Positions 56,115 through 64,000 of a stretch of 64,000 nt of DNA are shown piece after piece (position 1 is the stretch's first letter; each line of letters starts with the position of its first letter). The notes under the pieces are model-generated. The model made no database searches and was not told the origin of the DNA. It worked only from the letters and a program-made list of their open reading frames with translations. Made by a program: the position numbers and the translations under genes. Source of the stretch: an uncultured Collinsella sp. (GTDB lineage Bacteria; Actinomycetota; Coriobacteriia; Coriobacteriales; Coriobacteriaceae); contig CAUHFS010000002.1 of the NCBI GenBank assembly GCA_959605475.1, positions 48 through 64,047 on the forward strand, given 5' to 3'.

Positions 56115-58475
56115 ATGGATGCCGCAGCCCGTACCGCCCATGATTCCGCCCTCCAGCCGTTCTCGGAGATGGAGCACTATAAGCATGCCGATGAGCTGCC
56201 GCCCGAGATTATGGCGGACAGCTACGACAAGCTGGAGCGCCTGTGCCTCAAATATATGAATGAGGACGACTTTTCTAAGGTGGAGCAGGCCTATTGCTTT
56301 GCTGCCGAGAAGCACTGCAACCAAAAGCGCCGCTCGGGTGAGATGTACATCAACCATCCCGTCGAGGTGGCCATCATTTTGGCCGATCTCAAGATGGACT
56401 GTGACGTGGTGTGCGCCGCGCTGCTACACGATACCGTCGAGGATACCGAGACCTCGCTTGCCGATGTTTCCGACCTGTTTGGCGATACGGTGGCCGAGCT
56501 CGTCGATGGCGTGACCAAGCTCACCAACATCGAAGTCGACAGTATGGACGAGAAACAGGCGCTCACGCTGCGAAAGATGTTCCTCGCCATGTCCAAGGAC
56601 ATCCGCGTCATCATCGTTAAGCTTGCCGACCGTCTGCACAACATGCGCACCCTTGCAGCCCTGCGCGAGGACCGTCGCCTGTTTAAGGCTCGCGAGACCA
56701 TGGACGTGTATGCGCCCCTGGCCGACCGTCTGGGCATGAGCTCCATTAAATGGGAGCTCGAGGACCTGTCCTTCTTCTACCTAGAGCCCGATGCCTACCA
56801 GCGCATCGCACGCATGGTGGCGGAGTCGCGCGAGGTCCGTGAGCGCTATCTGGCCGAGACCATCAAGACGCTCACCGACGAGCTCAACCGCATTGGCCTG
56901 GAAGACTTCCAGATCAACGGCCGTTCCAAGCACTATTGGTCCATCTACCAAAAGATGAAGCGCAAGGGCAAGGAATTCTCCGAGATCTACGACCTGGTGG
57001 CACTGCGCGTCATCACGCATTCGGTGCGCGATTGCTACTCCACGCTCGGCGCGGTGCACACGCTGTGGCACCCCATGCCCGGCCGCTTTAAAGACTATAT
57101 CGCCATGCCCAAGGTCAATAACTACCAGTCGCTCCATACGACGGTTATCGGCCCCACGGCCCGCCCGCTCGAGATTCAGATTCGAACCTATGAGATGCAT
57201 GAGCAGGCCGAGTACGGCATTGCCGCCCACTGGCTATATAAGAAGTCGGGCGGATCGTCTGCGTCTAAGACCAATGATGCCCAGCGTCTGGACGACCAGA
57301 TTAACTGGCTCAAACATTCGCTCGATTGGGCTGCGTCTGATGAGATTACCGACGCCAAGGAATACCTGCATTCGCTGAAGGTCGACCTCTTCGATCAGGA
57401 GATTTTTGTCTTTACGCCCAAGGGCGAGGTCATGGCGCTTCGTGCCGGCTCCACGCCGCTCGACTTTGCCTACGCCGTTCACACCGAGGTGGGAAACCAT
57501 TGCGTCGGCGCCAAAATCAACGGTGCGGTGGCTCCGCTCACGCACGAGATTAAGACGGGTGACCGTGTCGAGATTCTGACTAACAAGAGTTCCAAGCCGT
57601 CGCGTGATTGGCTCAAGATCGTTAAGACACCTTCCGCCAAGTCAAAGATCCGCCGCTATTTTGCCGCTGCGACCAAGGACGACGACGCTGCTGCTGGTCG
57701 CGATATGCTGGCCAAGGACCTGCGTAAGCGTGGCTATGGCATTTCTACGCCGCGTTCGACGCGTGCGCTCAACGCCGTGGCGGAGCAGTTTAACTTCAAG
57801 CAGCTCGAGGACCTGTTTGCCGCCGTCGGCGCCGGCAAGGTTGCCCCGCGCGCTGTGGGCAATAAGGTCGAGCAAATCTTGGATCCCAAGCCCGAGGAAC
57901 AGCTCACCAAGGCCGAGGCTATCGCCGAGGTCGTCAAGCAGCCTGCCCGCGGCTCCAACCGCAAGCCGCAAAAGCGCGGCAAGAGCGCCAGCAACGGCAT
58001 TATCGTCAAGGGCGAGAGCAACAGCGGCCTGCTGGTCCGTCTGGCCCATTGCTGCAACCCCGTGACGGGCGACGACATCGTCGGCTTCATCACGCGCGGT
58101 CGTGGCGTTTCGGTGCATCGCGCCAACTGCCCCAACGTCAAGGGTCTTATGGAGCATCCCGAGCGCATGATCGATGTGGAATGGGACGGCGCTGCCGACA
58201 CCCTCTTCCAGGTCGAGATCGTGGTCGAGTGCCTGGACCGCATGGGCCTGCTCAAGGATGTCACCATTGCCATTGGCGATGCGGGTGGCAATATCCTTTC
58301 TGCCGCCACGTCGACCAACCGCGAGGGTATTGCAACCCTGCGCTTTATGGTCGAGATCTCGGACGCGAGTGGTCTGGATCCGCTGCTGGCCTCTATCAGC
58401 AGCGTTGACTCGGTCTACGACGCGCGTCGCTTGATGCCCGGCGAGGGTGGAGCCCAGCTTAAGCGCCGCGTTTAG
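56115..58475 (+). CDS. relA: Bifunctional (p)ppGpp synthetase/hydrolase Rel
   Basis: LLHDTVED hydrolase motif, KLADRLHN, YQSLHT, EIQIRT, and TGS, ZFD and ACT domains. Confidence 0.96.
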   Translation: MDAAARTAHDSALQPFSEMEHYKHADELPPEIMADSYDKLERLCLKYMNEDDFSKVEQAYCFAAEKHCNQKRRSGEMYINHPVEVAIILADLKMDCDVVCAALLHDTVEDTETSLADVSDLFGDTVAELVDGVTKLTNIEVDSMDEKQALTLRKMFLAMSKDIRVIIVKLADRLHNMRTLAALREDRRLFKARETMDVYAPLADRLGMSSIKWELEDLSFFYLEPDAYQRIARMVAESREVRERYLAETIKTLTDELNRIGLEDFQINGRSKHYWSIYQKMKRKGKEFSEIYDLVALRVITHSVRDCYSTLGAVHTLWHPMPGRFKDYIAMPKVNNYQSLHTTVIGPTARPLEIQIRTYEMHEQAEYGIAAHWLYKKSGGSSASKTNDAQRLDDQINWLKHSLDWAASDEITDAKEYLHSLKVDLFDQEIFVFTPKGEVMALRAGSTPLDFAYAVHTEVGNHCVGAKINGAVAPLTHEIKTGDRVEILTNKSSKPSRDWLKIVKTPSAKSKIRRYFAAATKDDDAAAGRDMLAKDLRKRGYGISTPRSTRALNAVAEQFNFKQLEDLFAAVGAGKVAPRAVGNKVEQILDPKPEEQLTKAEAIAEVVKQPARGSNRKPQKRGKSASNGIIVKGESNSGLLVRLAHCCNPVTGDDIVGFITRGRGVSVHRANCPNVKGLMEHPERMIDVEWDGAADTLFQVEIVVECLDRMGLLKDVTIAIGDAGGNILSAATSTNREGIATLRFMVEISDASGLDPLLASISSVDSVYDARRLMPGEGGAQLKRRV

Positions 58476-58559
58476 TCGCGACGAACGTGCCACATTATCG
58501 ATATTCGCTACACTCGAGGCATCGTTTGATGCCTCGAGTTCTATAGAGAGGAGAGGGAC

Positions 58560-59243
58560 ATGAGTGCTGTGTCCTTGGATTTAACTCCCAAGGGATCGGT
58601 CGAGATCGAGACGCTCGTAAACGGTCCCATTCAGACCAATAGCTATGCTGTCATTTCGGACAATGAGTGCGTGATTATCGACCCCGCATGGGAAGGCGAG
58701 CGCTTGGTGGAGCATATTCGAGCCGAACACCCCGATGTGCAGGTGCTCGGCGCCGTTTGCACGCACGGTCACGCCGACCATGTTGGCGGTGTCGCTGGAG
58801 TTCGGGCCGCCGTTGGCGCCGACGTCCTGTACGAGCTGTGTGGCAAGGACGCAGCAGTGCCGCATGCGAATATCGAGGAGCAGCGAGCGATGTGGGGCAT
58901 CGAGACGCCCGATCCAGGTGAGCCGACGCGGCTGCTTGCCGAGGGCGACACCATTGAGCTGGGCGACATTTGCCTGCAGGTAATTGAGGTGCCCGGGCAC
59001 ACACCGGGCGGCATCGTTCTGTTCGCCGCCACTGAGCAGGGGAACATTGCCTTTGTGGGCGACACGCTATTCCCGGGTGGGCATGGCCGCACCGATCTTT
59101 CTGGAGGAGACGAGGCGGCGATCCTGCGCTCGCTCTCCAAGCTCGCCCAGCTTCTCCCGCCCGATACCGTTTGCCTAACCGGCCATGGCGATTCGACCAC
59201 CATGGCACGCGAGCTCATGCAGAGCCCTTTCATGCAGATGTAG
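58560..59243 (+). CDS. MBL-fold metallohydrolase (glyoxalase II-like)
   Basis: THGHADH, PGHTPG, GDTLF and GHG motifs. Confidence 0.9.
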   Translation: MSAVSLDLTPKGSVEIETLVNGPIQTNSYAVISDNECVIIDPAWEGERLVEHIRAEHPDVQVLGAVCTHGHADHVGGVAGVRAAVGADVLYELCGKDAAVPHANIEEQRAMWGIETPDPGEPTRLLAEGDTIELGDICLQVIEVPGHTPGGIVLFAATEQGNIAFVGDTLFPGGHGRTDLSGGDEAAILRSLSKLAQLLPPDTVCLTGHGDSTTMARELMQSPFMQM

Positions 59244-59438
59244 CTTACTAGTCGGCTTTTGAAGCACGAGAAGCGTCCAAACGTCAAGCTATTTTTCCCC
59301 AACGGGTCGATTCCGTAGGGCAAACGGTCAAAAAAAGTCTGTTTGGACGATATTCGTGAACAAACGAACGTTTATGCTCGGGTGCGCCGTGGTAAAATCT
59401 CAGGCGTTATCGGAGCAACCTTACAGGAGGTTTCTTTT

Positions 59439-60305
59439 ATGCTCGTCAACGCAGCAGACATGCTCAAGAAGGCCGAAGCCGGCAAGTACGGTCTCGGTGC
59501 CTTCAACACCAACAACCTCGAGTGGACCCTGGCTATTCTCCAGGCCGCCGAGGAGGCCAAGTCTCCGCTGATCCTTCAGTGCACCGCTGGTGCCGCTAAG
59601 TGGATGGGCGGTTTCAAGGTCTGCGCCGACATGGTCAAGGCTGCCGTCGAGGCCACGGGCGTTACCGTTCCCGTCGCCCTTCACCTCGATCACGGTTCTT
59701 ACGAGGACTGCTTTAAGTGCATCGAGGCCGGCTTCACGTCCATCATGTATGACGGCTCTCACGAGGAGACCTTCCAGCTTAACCTCGACCGCACCAAGGA
59801 GCTCGTTGAGCTTGCCCACTCCAAGGGCATGTCCATCGAGGCCGAGGTCGGCGGCATCGGCGGCACCGAGGACGGCGTGACCTCCAGCGGCGAGCTCGCT
59901 GATCCTGCTGAGTGCAAGCAGATCGCTGACCTGGGCGTCGACTTCCTCGCCTGCGGCATCGGCAACATCCACGGCGTGTACCCCGCCGACTGGGCTGGCC
60001 TTTCCTTCGAGCGCCTGGGCGAGATCAAGGCCCAGACCGGCGACCTGCCCCTCGTCCTGCACGGTGGCACCGGCATCCCCGAGGATCAGATCAAGAAGGC
60101 CATCTCCCTGGGCATCTCCAAGATCAACGTCAACACCGACCTGCAGCTCGTCTTCGCCAAGGGCGTCCGCGAGTACATCGAGGCTGGCAAGGATCAGCAG
60201 GGCAAGGGCTTTGACCCCCGCAAGCTCCTCAAGCCTGGTCGCGACAACATCGTTGCCCGCACCAAGGAGCTCATGGAGGAGTTTGGCTCCGTCAACAAGG
60301 CGTAA
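59439..60305 (+). CDS. fba: Class II fructose-bisphosphate aldolase
   Basis: LHLDHG, IGNIHG, LVLHGGTG and KINVNT motifs; AGGAGG RBS. Confidence 0.95.
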   Translation: MLVNAADMLKKAEAGKYGLGAFNTNNLEWTLAILQAAEEAKSPLILQCTAGAAKWMGGFKVCADMVKAAVEATGVTVPVALHLDHGSYEDCFKCIEAGFTSIMYDGSHEETFQLNLDRTKELVELAHSKGMSIEAEVGGIGGTEDGVTSSGELADPAECKQIADLGVDFLACGIGNIHGVYPADWAGLSFERLGEIKAQTGDLPLVLHGGTGIPEDQIKKAISLGISKINVNTDLQLVFAKGVREYIEAGKDQQGKGFDPRKLLKPGRDNIVARTKELMEEFGSVNKA

Positions 60306-60326
60306 GTAGCGGTTTGACTTCCCGCC

Positions 60327-60424
60327 GGAGGCCCCGTTTCCCCTACGCTGTTTCCCTCGCGCTCACCTGGCTTCGCCAGAAGTCGCGCGACGGAATCAGC
60401 TCCGGGGAAACGGGGCCTCCTTTG
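60327..60424 (+). terminator. Long hairpin/terminator after fba with nested inner stems
   Basis: ggaggccccgtttcccc...ggggaaacggggcctcc followed by tttt. Confidence 0.7.
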
Positions 60425-60562
60425 TTAACTCGCTACAGGGTTACTGGGCTGAATTCACTTTTATAGGTACCGTTTATCGGTATTGAGAGTCCCTTTGCTG
60501 GGGCTTTCTTTTTTATCTCGCTACAATGGGCTTCAAGCGTTCTAGTGACTTGGAGTTTTGGT

Positions 60563-61996
60563 ATGGCTGTTATTAATGTACTGCCTTCGGATGGGAAGGT
60601 TATTGACGAGGGTCCTGTTGGCTGCTCTGTTGATGTTTGCAGTGATGATTTTCGCCATCTCGATATTGGGCTACCGCCTGAGATTCTTCGTCTTAAGGAT
60701 GCCGGGTATTTGATGCAGGCTGTTGCTGCCTGCGATCGCCTTCTGGAGCAGAACCCCGAGCCTTCGCTGGTTGCTTGTGTTCGTGCCGAGCGGTATCGCA
60801 TGCTCGAGACGCCGCTTCATTTTTCGGTGCCGCGCGATCAGGCTATTGCGATGATTCGCGAGGAGTGGCCAGAGTTTACCGAAGAGCAGTTTGATGACCT
60901 GATTAATCGTAAGCGTATTGACTGGCGCTTTATCGATGGTGAGCTGTTCGTTCTCGACAACTTCCTCGATTCGCTTCGCGTATATCCCAAAGAGGTTCCC
61001 GGCATGCGGCCCGATTCTACGGACGGAATAGCACTGCGCAACGAGATGCTCAAGGAGATGGAGTCACAAAACGGATTGGCTCGCGTCATTACGCTTAAAG
61101 CGTCCGTGTCTGTCCCCGGTGCTCTAGATGGAGAGACTGTTCGCGCGTGGCTACCCGTTGCCGCCGCCTGTCGTCAACAGTCTCATATCGAGGTTCTCGA
61201 TATGACGCCGGAGGGTGCTGTTGCCCCCGCGAATGCTTCGGCGCGTACCGCCTCGTGGTCTTCTTCGAGTGAGCGCTCATTCTCGGTGACCTATCGCTAT
61301 CAAATTGATGCCGCTTATCGTGATGTCTATGGGGGTGCGCTTCCGGTGCATCCTTGCATGGACGCGCCACTGCCCGTGGACACCTCCGAGGACCGTCCGC
61401 ACATTGCATTCACGCCGTATCTACAGCAGCTGACAGCCCGTGTCATTGACGGGCTCGAGGATCCGCTCGATCGCGCCCGTGCTATCTATGATTACCTGAC
61501 GCAGTATATCGACTATCGCTATCAGCCGCCGTACTTGCTTTTGGGATCTATTGCCGATGACTGCGCGCATTCGCTCCGCGGCGATTGCGGCGTTATGGCG
61601 CTCACGTTTATCGCCATGTGCCGTATCGCGGGCGTGCCTGCCCGTTGGCAGAGCGGCCTGTATGTTGCGCCCGATTCGGTGGGGTCGCACGACTGGGCAG
61701 AGTTCTATACGCCGCAGACCGGTTGGCTCAACGCCGACGTGTCATTTGGATCTTCTGCTCGCAGGATGGGGGAGGAGTGGCGCCGCCGTCACTACTTTGG
61801 CAATCTCGACCCGTGGCGTATGGTGGCCAACAATCGATTCCAGGCAGAGTTTGAGCCCTCTTTCGACGGCATGCGCGAGGACCCTTACGATAACCAGATG
61901 GGTGAGGCTTCGGTCGACGGTCGCGGATGCCGTCGGCGCGAGATGCTCCGCACGGTCGAACTCATCGAAATGCTCGAAGTTCCATTTTCGGACTAA
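60563..61996 (+). CDS. Transglutaminase-like domain protein
   Basis: GDCG...CRIAGVPARWQSG...HDWAEFY...W...D catalytic triad pattern. Confidence 0.88.
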   Translation: MAVINVLPSDGKVIDEGPVGCSVDVCSDDFRHLDIGLPPEILRLKDAGYLMQAVAACDRLLEQNPEPSLVACVRAERYRMLETPLHFSVPRDQAIAMIREEWPEFTEEQFDDLINRKRIDWRFIDGELFVLDNFLDSLRVYPKEVPGMRPDSTDGIALRNEMLKEMESQNGLARVITLKASVSVPGALDGETVRAWLPVAAACRQQSHIEVLDMTPEGAVAPANASARTASWSSSSERSFSVTYRYQIDAAYRDVYGGALPVHPCMDAPLPVDTSEDRPHIAFTPYLQQLTARVIDGLEDPLDRARAIYDYLTQYIDYRYQPPYLLLGSIADDCAHSLRGDCGVMALTFIAMCRIAGVPARWQSGLYVAPDSVGSHDWAEFYTPQTGWLNADVSFGSSARRMGEEWRRRHYFGNLDPWRMVANNRFQAEFEPSFDGMREDPYDNQMGEASVDGRGCRRREMLRTVELIEMLEVPFSD

Positions 61997-62035
61997 TCGG
62001 TAGAAAGCTGTGATAAACTAACTCACGCATTGCGT

Positions 62036-62122
62036 GCCCGAGTGGCGGAATTGGCAGACGCAGTGGACTCAAAATCCACCGTTGGCAACAACGTGCGAGT
62101 TCGAGTCTCGCCTCGGGCACCA
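62036..62122 (+). tRNA. tRNA-Leu (anticodon CAA), CCA encoded
   Basis: Acceptor stem gcccgag/ctcgggc, D-loop GG, anticodon arm gtgga-ctCAAaa-tccac, long variable arm, TTCGA loop, ACCA end. Confidence 0.96.
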
Positions 62123-62351
62123 TACATGCAAGTGAGCGTTCAAGGGGGTCAAGGCCCCCTTTTTCGTGCCGAACTCGCGTGAGCGCGCGGAGCGTTAAGC
62201 AAACAGGCCTGTGGCCTGTTTGTAGCGGAGCGTGGCGAGGGCGCCGTGCGCCCGAAGCCCGGGGCTTCGCGAAGCGAAGGCCCTTCGAGTCTCGCCTCGG
62301 GCACCATTCATGCAAGCGAGTGTTCAAGGGGGTCAAGGCCCCTTTTTCGTG
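62100..62351 (+). repeat. Direct repeat (about 69/68 bp) of the tRNA 3' end plus terminator, flanking about 115 bp of structured DNA
   Basis: Copies at 62100-62168 and 62284-62351; the first 23 nt (ttcgagtctcgcctcgggcacca) are identical. Confidence 0.9.
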
Positions 62352-62414
62352 TACGTAATGTGATAACGCGCTGTACGTGTTATTATTCGCAAGGCGTTGT
62401 TCCCGCAATGCCCT

Positions 62415-62550
62415 AAAGAGGAACCTGAGGGTTCCCACCTTTTGGCGCCAATGAGCAGCTGACTGGTCATACAACTTAGATTCCCTTCCTCAAATCGAGG
62501 AGGTCTATGTGTACGACCTGGTTGCTGAGAAGCGCCGGGTTATTTTTTTA
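62415..62550 (+). ncRNA. Candidate ribosomal protein L20 leader (cis-regulatory RNA)
   Basis: ggaacc-tgag-ggttcc hairpin followed by CACC, a long irregular stem and a U-tract directly upstream of infC-rpmI-rplT. Confidence 0.5.
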
Positions 62551-62568
62551 TGAATGGAGGTAGGGAAA

Positions 62569-63123
62569 ATAGCTAAGTCTGATGACACCCGCATCAACGA
62601 CGAGATCACTGCATCTTCGTGCCGTTTGATTGGCGTCGATGGCTCTCAGCTCGGCCTGTTCGCCATCCGCGATGCCCAGCGCGTCGCCGACGATCAGGGT
62701 CTCGACCTGGTCGAGATCGCTCCCAACGCGGAGCCGCCGGTCTGCAAGGTCATGGACTACGGTAAGTTCAAGTACCAGCAGGCCATGAAGGCCAAGGCTG
62801 CTCGTAAGAACCAGTCCAAGGTCGAGGTCAAGGAAATGAAGTTCCGACCCAAGATTGACGTTGGCGACTACGAGACCAAGAAGGGCCACGTTCTGCGTTT
62901 CCTCAAGAAGGGCGCACGCGTTAAGATCACCATCATGTTCCGCGGCCGTGAGATGGCTCACCCGGAGCAGGGCCTTAACGTTCTCGAGCGTCTCGCTGAG
63001 GATCTCAAGCCTTACGCTACGGTCGAGTCCAAGCCTAAGATGGAAGGCCGTAACATGCTTATGCTGCTCGCCCCGATTAAGGGCGCCTTCGATGAGGATA
63101 AAGCGGCAAGCGATAGCAAGTAA
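62569..63123 (+). CDS. infC: Translation initiation factor IF-3 (probable ATA start)
   Basis: RINDEI, LDLVEIAP...PPVCKVMDYGK and IMFRGRE motifs; GGAGG lies 8 nt before the in-frame ATA. Confidence 0.95.
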   Translation: MAKSDDTRINDEITASSCRLIGVDGSQLGLFAIRDAQRVADDQGLDLVEIAPNAEPPVCKVMDYGKFKYQQAMKAKAARKNQSKVEVKEMKFRPKIDVGDYETKKGHVLRFLKKGARVKITIMFRGREMAHPEQGLNVLERLAEDLKPYATVESKPKMEGRNMLMLLAPIKGAFDEDKAASDSK

Positions 63124-63155
63124 CTAGTGTTCTGTAACCGATTAAGGAGTATTTC

Positions 63156-63347
63156 ATGCCTAAGATGAAGTCCCACAGCGGCACCAAGAAGCGTTTCCGC
63201 AAGACTGGTACCGGCAAGCTTATGCGCGCCAAGGCTTTCAAGAGCCACATCCTGAGCAAGAAGTCCACCAAGCGTAAGCGTGGCTTCCGTCAGGAGACCG
63301 AGATCGCCGCTGCCGACCGCAAGGTCATCAAGTCGCGTCTCGCCTAA
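63156..63347 (+). CDS. rpmI: 50S ribosomal protein L35
   Basis: [14 protein letters not shown]...SHILSKK; conserved operon order. Confidence 0.97.
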   Translation: MPKMKSHSGTKKRFRKTGTGKLMRAKAFKSHILSKKSTKRKRGFRQETEIAAADRKVIKSRLA

Positions 63348-63392
63348 GTTCGCGTTCCCGTTTTCGTTTTACCATCTAGGAGTTGATAGAAC

Positions 63393-63752
63393 ATGGCACG
63401 TATTAAGCGCGCTGTTGCCGCCAAGAAGAAGCGCCGTACCGTTATGCACCGTGCGAAGGGTTACTACGGTGCCGCTTCGCGTACTTACAAGCATGCTAAA
63501 GAGCAGGTCCAGCACTCCCTGCAGTATCAGTATCGTGATCGCCGCAACAAGAAGCGCGAGATCCGTTCTCTCTGGATCACTCGTATCAACGCTGCTGCTC
63601 GCCTGAACGATATTTCTTACTCTCAGTTCATGCACGGCCTGAAGGTTGCCGGCATCGAGCTCGACCGCAAGGTCCTGGCTCAGATGGCTTACGAGGACAT
63701 CGAGTCCTTCAACGAGCTGGCTACCATCGCCAAGAAGGCTCTCGAGGCTTAA
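63393..63752 (+). CDS. rplT: 50S ribosomal protein L20
   Basis: AKGYYG, YRDRRNKKR, LWITRINAA and LDRKVLA motifs. Confidence 0.97.
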   Translation: MARIKRAVAAKKKRRTVMHRAKGYYGAASRTYKHAKEQVQHSLQYQYRDRRNKKREIRSLWITRINAAARLNDISYSQFMHGLKVAGIELDRKVLAQMAYEDIESFNELATIAKKALEA

Positions 63753-63768
63753 TTGCTTCTTGCATCTT

Positions 63769-63803
63769 AAAGGGGCGCTTCCAATCCGGAAGCGCCCCTT
63801 TTT
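63769..63803 (+). terminator. Intrinsic terminator of infC-rpmI-rplT
   Basis: aaaggggcgcttcc-aatcc-ggaagcgcccc-ttttt. Confidence 0.88.
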
Positions 63804-64000
63804 GATTGATTTGGGATGTGATCGATTTGGGACGTAGCCAAACCGATCAATTCGATAGCGTCCGAGTTGCAAGAAAGAGCAGGTAGCGTATGTGTCAAAG
63901 ATTTTTGACACTCTAATCTGCGCGCAGCCATCCGTATGGGTTTGATTTTGGGATTACGCTTTGCTTGCCGGCTTCTGTTGTGTAGCCGCCCAATAAGAGT

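Noticed and set aside
59355..59380. LexA-like site upstream of fba (caaacgaacgttta)
   Set aside because: Both half-sites deviate from GAAC/GTTC and a glycolytic gene is an unlikely target.
62036..62351. Intact prophage or genomic island at tRNA-Leu
   Set aside because: The repeats are only about 115 bp apart and there is no integrase or cargo.
62415..62550. 6S RNA
   Set aside because: The long stem is suggestive, but the length, lack of a clear central bubble and position before infC favour an L20 leader.

Overview
GC-rich (by eye about 60%) chromosomal segment. Gene content and style suggest a gut Coriobacteriia member such as Collinsella; this is inference, no search was run. Most of the window is housekeeping or metabolic: Fe-ADH/ALDH, trmB, elp3, an FAD oxidoreductase-EtfBA operon, purL, hom, a liv-type ABC cluster, a recJ-helicase fusion, rel, fba, tRNA-Leu(CAA) and infC-rpmI-rplT. 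The most interesting signals are: (1) a Trm9/ALKBH8-like methyltransferase clustered with trmB and a bacterial Elp3, suggesting a eukaryote/archaea-style mcm5U34 wobble pathway; (2) an unannotated 27-aa hydrophobic peptide gene with an SD-sequestering hairpin, a competing long-range 5'-3' pairing, a convergent antisense promoter and a LexA-like box (candidate type I toxin-antitoxin locus); (3) a Shango-like anti-phage operon with an SOS box in its promoter; (4) a WxL/csc-like cell-surface operon whose first gene has a TGA at codon 5; (5) a decayed mobile-element scar (IS110 and ParB fragments), several REP/MITE-like palindromes and a duplicated tRNA 3' end. No CRISPR array, rRNA, intact integrase or intact transposase was seen. 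All protein family calls come from motif recognition by eye.
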